A program made the position numbers and the translations under genes. The notes under the pieces were generated by a model. That model was not told where the DNA came from. It saw nothing but the letters and a program-made list of their open reading frames with translations, and ran no database searches. Source: Chlorokybus atmophyticus (Eukaryota > Plantae > Mesostigma and Chlorokybus algae). From it: a stretch of DNA of 64,000 nt. The stretch's first letter is position 1; each line of letters starts with the position of its first letter. Positions 59,431 through 64,000 of this stretch are shown here, in pieces. The stretch is taken from positions 310,001-374,000 of the forward strand of contig RHPI01003389.1 of NCBI GenBank assembly GCA_009103225.1, in the 5' to 3' direction.

Positions 59431-62400
59431 CTACTTCTTGAAGCGCGCCTGAAATTCCGATAGTCTTGCAGATACGCCAGGCTGGCGCACCGCAACAAAC
59501 ACACCGACACCGACCACAGCCACGACTGCTGTTGCTCCCAACCAGAAGTAAGACGACTTCACTTGAACCTTCTGTGTCTGAGGCTCCTCCATTGGCTGCT
59601 CGGGCTCAACAGTCAATGGAGGAGCCTGACCAGCAGGAGGCTTGGCTTCGGCTACGTCCATTTCAGCAGTTCTGCAGGGTGCATAGAACAACCAGGCATG
59701 TACATGCGTGTTAACATATGTGCAACAGCACAGCAATTGGACACAGGAGCAAGGGTGGGAGCGCTCTACGGGAGCTCACCACCACATACCGTGTGGGCTT
59801 CTTGAAAACTTGAAGGCGCAAGATCTTAGAACTAAGCGATCTTGCCAGTGCCACAGCGGCAGTCAAATCAGCATCACATGATATTGACACCTCATCACCT
59901 TCATCATCAACATACTGCACACAATCAACTGCCTCAGCACCGCAGATAGCAATGAGCCCTCCATCCAAGGACCTGCGGACCATATAACGACATTCTGATG
60001 CAAACCTTAAGGTGTCTGCGAACTTCATCTTCTGACACCTCCAGTCGTTGCGTAACAGCGCCCACCACTTCCTCATAATCATTTGCAGCTGCATCAAAGA
60101 AGTGTCAGCAAGTTCAAGAGCTAGACCGTACCCAGGAGTATGCTCGCTCAACAGCTAACCTGCTTGAAAGCGGTGCACTCGACCAACACTGTCTTCAATC
60201 TTGTATGTGAACCTTTCTGAGGCCATCACATCAGCAGCTGCAGGAACAAGAATAGAGTGCCAAGTAAGTTTGCAAACGTGCCCACTCAAGATTTGGCTGT
60301 GGTGAGTTCCATTGCTGTTGTTCGCACTGCACCTTCTGACGGCGGGGCTGAATGAAGAACCTGCTGGGGCAAGTCTTGAATATGCGGGAGATCGCTATGC
60401 AGAGATGACATGGACACCCTGCACAGACGCAACCGAAAGCATTGGCTGCCGTTTGAGAGGCCTTGCTAGCAGTTTTATATGGTCGCATTGAAGCATGCAG
60501 AGCAGGTGCGTTACTTGTCGTCATCATCAGCCTGCTCGGCTAGTGTTGAGTCCCAGAACTTCTGCAGCAGGATGCCACCATCAGGGGCATCCCTCCCAGA
60601 GCCAGCACGCCCTTCCAACTGCACACTCAGGTGTAAGCATATCTGGAAATCGCAGGCCGCCGAGCCCTTCCCTCAATGACTTGTTTACACCAGCACTGTC
60701 GCAAGAGCGGATACCTGAGACAGAGCGGCTTGCACCAGCATCAACACATCGACTACAGCAGAAACTTTGCCACCTGCAGCACAAAGCCATGATTGACTGG
60801 GCTGCACATGCTTGCACGTTCTTGGACAGGGGCAGTGCAGGTGCCATGATATGCGACAAAGGCATCACTGAAAACTGTGAACCAAGTGCTTACCTTTGCC
60901 AACTACCGGAAGATGCAGAAAACGCCCATCATGCATGATGTGTAGAGCATCCACAATGGTCGTTTCAGCAGAAGCACACTCAGGGTTCGGTGTCATGACC
61001 TGCACAAAGGACACGGACACATGAGGTGAGCTACTGGCGTGCCAATCACACATAACGGTGTAGCATCACATCACAAGCTTAGGGGCAACAGAACAACGAA
61101 GCCCAAGTGTTGCGACTGCAAACAGACATCCATTGCAGCAACGGCAGACCGCACACCTGTGTGACGCAAGTTACATCTGGTGACATCCCTTGAGCGACAA
61201 CTCTCAGCAAGATATCTTTTGAACTGCACGATGTACAACAAGATCAATTTCATGCAATTGCCAGTTGAGGCTGCCTTGATACAGTAACGATGCCTGGACA
61301 ATTTCCAGTGGCTGCTAACACCATCTTGGCGAATAGTACCATGGCAATCACAGCACACATACGTGAGAATGCCGCGAATGCCGTGTTCATGCGATGCATC
61401 ACCCTTCACCACCACAGCTGAGGACTTCTTCTCTTTCATGATTTTTGCTGCATCTGAAACACTGGCACTGGATGGCACCTCCAAACTGCAGTCAACGGTC
61501 AAACCAATCAGCAATGGCGGAGTAAGTTCTACAGCTTGATATACAAGATCCCCCATGCAACGTCACCTTGCCATGTCTTGAATCGCAACCTTCAGTGTCG
61601 GGCGGAATACCAACTCACGCATGGTCTCAAGGAAGCTGATGGGTGCTGGTCATGCGCACAAAACAACAAGCCATCAAGGTCAAAAGATGGCCAATGAGAA
61701 TAACAGTCTTCACTGTTGCACACATCTGTAAACTCCAGCAATCAGCACCTGGCATATCGTGAGTGTCAGCCCACTCGCGCTCCACTTCACTCACGGCGGC
61801 TGCAAGCGCGTCAGACTTGTCTGCAGCTCGTTCCAGTCGCGCAATGGCGTCATACATGACCTTCGTAATGTCCAGCAGAGCCACGACCTCCCCTTTGTCT
61901 ACAACTGGTAGATGCCGGAACTTGCCTGCATGGCCATGGTCATTTGCTTGAACGTATCAAACACTGGTACTGGACAACACCGGGTGGCTGAAGCCAAACT
62001 TGCAGTTTAGACACACATGCGCTACTATGCGCTGTTTTGCAGTGACGCAAGCTCATTGAGGTCACTTAATAGAGGAGCAGAGCTCAGTCAGCATGACTGA
62101 ACGCCCCTTCGTTGTACCTTCCACCATCTTGCGAAGAGCTTCAACTGCACTAGAGTCCTTCATGCAGAAGCTGGGGTTACGCGTCATGACTTGTGCAACA
62201 GGGACAGCAGAGGCTGACAGACCTTCCGCAACAACCCGAAATGTGACATCCTGTTGCAGACATTGTTGTCAACACACCGGCTGTGAAAGTAAAAATGCAA
62301 TAGAGTACACTATGTCACTGCACTCGTTTTGCAACACGTCACAATGACAGGTTCTTGCAATTCACTGTTAGAACAACGCACTTTGTCCGTGATGATGCCT

Positions 62401-63185
62401 GTCAGCATGCCCTTGGAGTCTGTGAGCAGAGCTGCGTCTGCTCTAGCTGAAGCCAAACGCTTTGCAGCCTCAGCAACAGGGGTCTCCTCGGGTAGCGTGA
62501 CGCACTTGCTCAATCGCAAACGCCCAACTGATCGATCAGTTTGCCTGCAACAACGCACATATGGTTGTGTTCTGATGAGCACGTCGCAAACATGAAGCCA
62601 TTGACCCACGCATGCACCATAGGGGCTAATGTCATGACGTAGAGTGTGAAGTGTTGTTAGCACCGACATCATGCACTGACGCTGTTGACAGCAACATTGA
62701 TAGTTTCACCAGCACGGTCAATTTGCAACGCAAATTGCGTTGCAAATTGACATGTCCCTATCAAGATCCATGCAATCGCTTGTCCTGCAACGCGCAACTC
62801 CACAACTTCCCCTTCATGCACCGTTGTTGCCGGACTCTCCACCTGGACGGAGTTATATCAACTGCCGATTATCACTGTGCATATATACACGGACACCCGC
62901 CTGGCAACTGCATGCCAGAAGGAAACACTGTAGGCCGTGGCGAGCAAACGACGATGAGCAGATAACGTGCGACCACCACACAGCCCTTAGTCAGTTTGCA
63001 AAGCAGGATGCGTACCTAGCCTGCTTGCTGTTAGAACCGCTGCTGTCAGGCCGTCTCATGGACGACCTGCGCTGCGGAGGATTGGCTGCGCCGTTATTGT
63101 TGCTGGCCCGCTGCATGGCGCCCGCCGACGTGGGGCTGCGCTTTGGCAACTGCGGCAGACCCTCAGGCGCGTAGTCCTCGCTCAT
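59431..63185 (-). CDS. CBSCBSPB: CBS-CBS-PB1 domain protein with C-terminal transmembrane anchor (CBSCBSPB family); multi-exon
   Basis: 'RSVGRLRLSK...AALLTDSKGMLTGIITDKD', 'VMTRNP', 'KFRHLPVV...ALLDITK', 'GILTSKD', 'VMTPNPECA...DALHIMHDGRFLHLPV'. PB1 'QYVDDEGDEVSISCDADLTAAV'; TM 'YFWLGATAVVAVVGVGVFVAV'. Stop at 59431. Confidence 0.92.
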
Positions 63186-63485
63186 GACAGACCAGCTCAC
63201 CCCTAGCAATCCACACCTCCCCTCCTCCAACCTGCCTCCACCGCCTCCGCCGCCCACCTCAACCACGTTCCCAGCGACAAGCTCTCGCAGCTGCTGGCAA
63301 GATTGTGATGCTGCCGTGCCCCAAAGCAAGCTTCTGCACGTTTGCGCCCACTGCATCAGGTAACGTGAAGGTTACTGGTAATGAGAGTGCCATATAGGGT
63401 TCAACGCCTTGAGCTAACGTTACGTTGAGGATTTTGAACTGGGTTGCATTTTCCCGCCAAGTTGGGGGCTAGGGTTTGTTGGGGC

Positions 63486-63854
63486 ATGGCGTCGGCGTCG
63501 GCGGTGGTGGTGGACGTGGTGGTGGCAGGGTCGGGAGTGGGGTTTGGGGGCAATGCTGCTGTCATATCTGGGTCACGGCCTGGCCAGGCCGCTGCCGTCC
63601 CTGCCAAAAGGCCAGCTCCAAGGAGGAGCAGGGTTCGCTCGGTGGTTTGCCTGGCAGAGGAATGTGACAGCGCTGGCCACAGCGCGAGCCAGCTTGGCAA
63701 TGCGGGCGCGACACCAACTAGGAGAGGTGCGATCCTGGCTTCCGCTGCTGGTGGGATAGCCCTCGCCGCCGCAGCAGCCGGCGCAGCCCAAGCAGGACCT
63801 GCAGCCGTGCAAGCTGAGCCTTCTTCCTCTGTCCCTGCAGCGTACAGCTTTAAG
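63486..63854 (+). CDS. First exon of a thylakoid-lumen protein with bipartite transit/Tat signal (possibly PsbP-domain); continues beyond the window
   Basis: Transit peptide ending 'VRSVVCLA', twin-arginine '[27 protein letters not shown]' with an AxA cleavage site, then 'AYSFK|gt'. Confidence 0.65.
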
Positions 63855-64000
63855 GTGTCCGTCTGCAGCTAAATCATGAGTCCTTAGCCCTCAGCATGTC
63901 ACGTGACCATGTCCGACTAAACTGTGTTAGGTGCCACTGCGCATTGTGGCTTTGCGTGGTTCCCTGCCTCCAACATGGCAATCGGATTTCAAGGCCACTC

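Noticed and set aside
5243-63185. CP12 and a CBS-domain gene in one window (cf. cyanobacterial CBS-CP12 fusions)
   Set aside because: They are 53 kb apart, and the CBS protein is the unrelated CBSCBSPB family.

Overview
Intron-rich eukaryotic genomic DNA from a green alga (Viridiplantae). The lineage (chlorophyte or early-diverging streptophyte) cannot be fixed from this window. There are two assembly gaps (N at 8416-8639 and 11945-12718). Host genes: cytosolic Asn-tRNA synthetase (+), CP12 (-), a bacterial-type POT oligopeptide transporter (-), cytosolic Leu-tRNA synthetase (+), bacterial-type PEP carboxylase (+), WDR60/dynein-2 intermediate chain (-), a CBS-CBS-PB1 membrane protein (-) and the first exon of a Tat-targeted thylakoid-lumen protein (+). 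Between the convergent PEPC and WDR60 genes lies a ~24-kb retroelement nest (26.7-50.8 kb). It contains four layers. (1) A decayed Penelope-like element with GIY-YIG N-terminal to RT (Naiad/Chlamys layout), possibly bounded by 362-bp pseudo-LTRs. (2) A full-length chromovirus Ty3/gypsy, element A (30075-39515, TSD GCTGG). (3) A 5'-deleted related chromovirus, element B, inside A's RNase H (34781-37352, TSD TGTTC). (4) A decayed minus-strand Ty3/gypsy, element C, whose polyprotein runs Gag-PR-[C5 cytosine DNA methyltransferase]-RT-RNaseH-IN-[PHD finger]. A solo LTR of family B (43900-44427, TSD CCCAT) sits inside the catalytic motif IV (GW|ECQG) of that methyltransferase. An intronless MYND-finger pseudogene lies at 56.9-57.5 kb. 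All assignments come from manual translation and motif recognition, with no database searches; multi-exon genes are given as start-to-stop spans.
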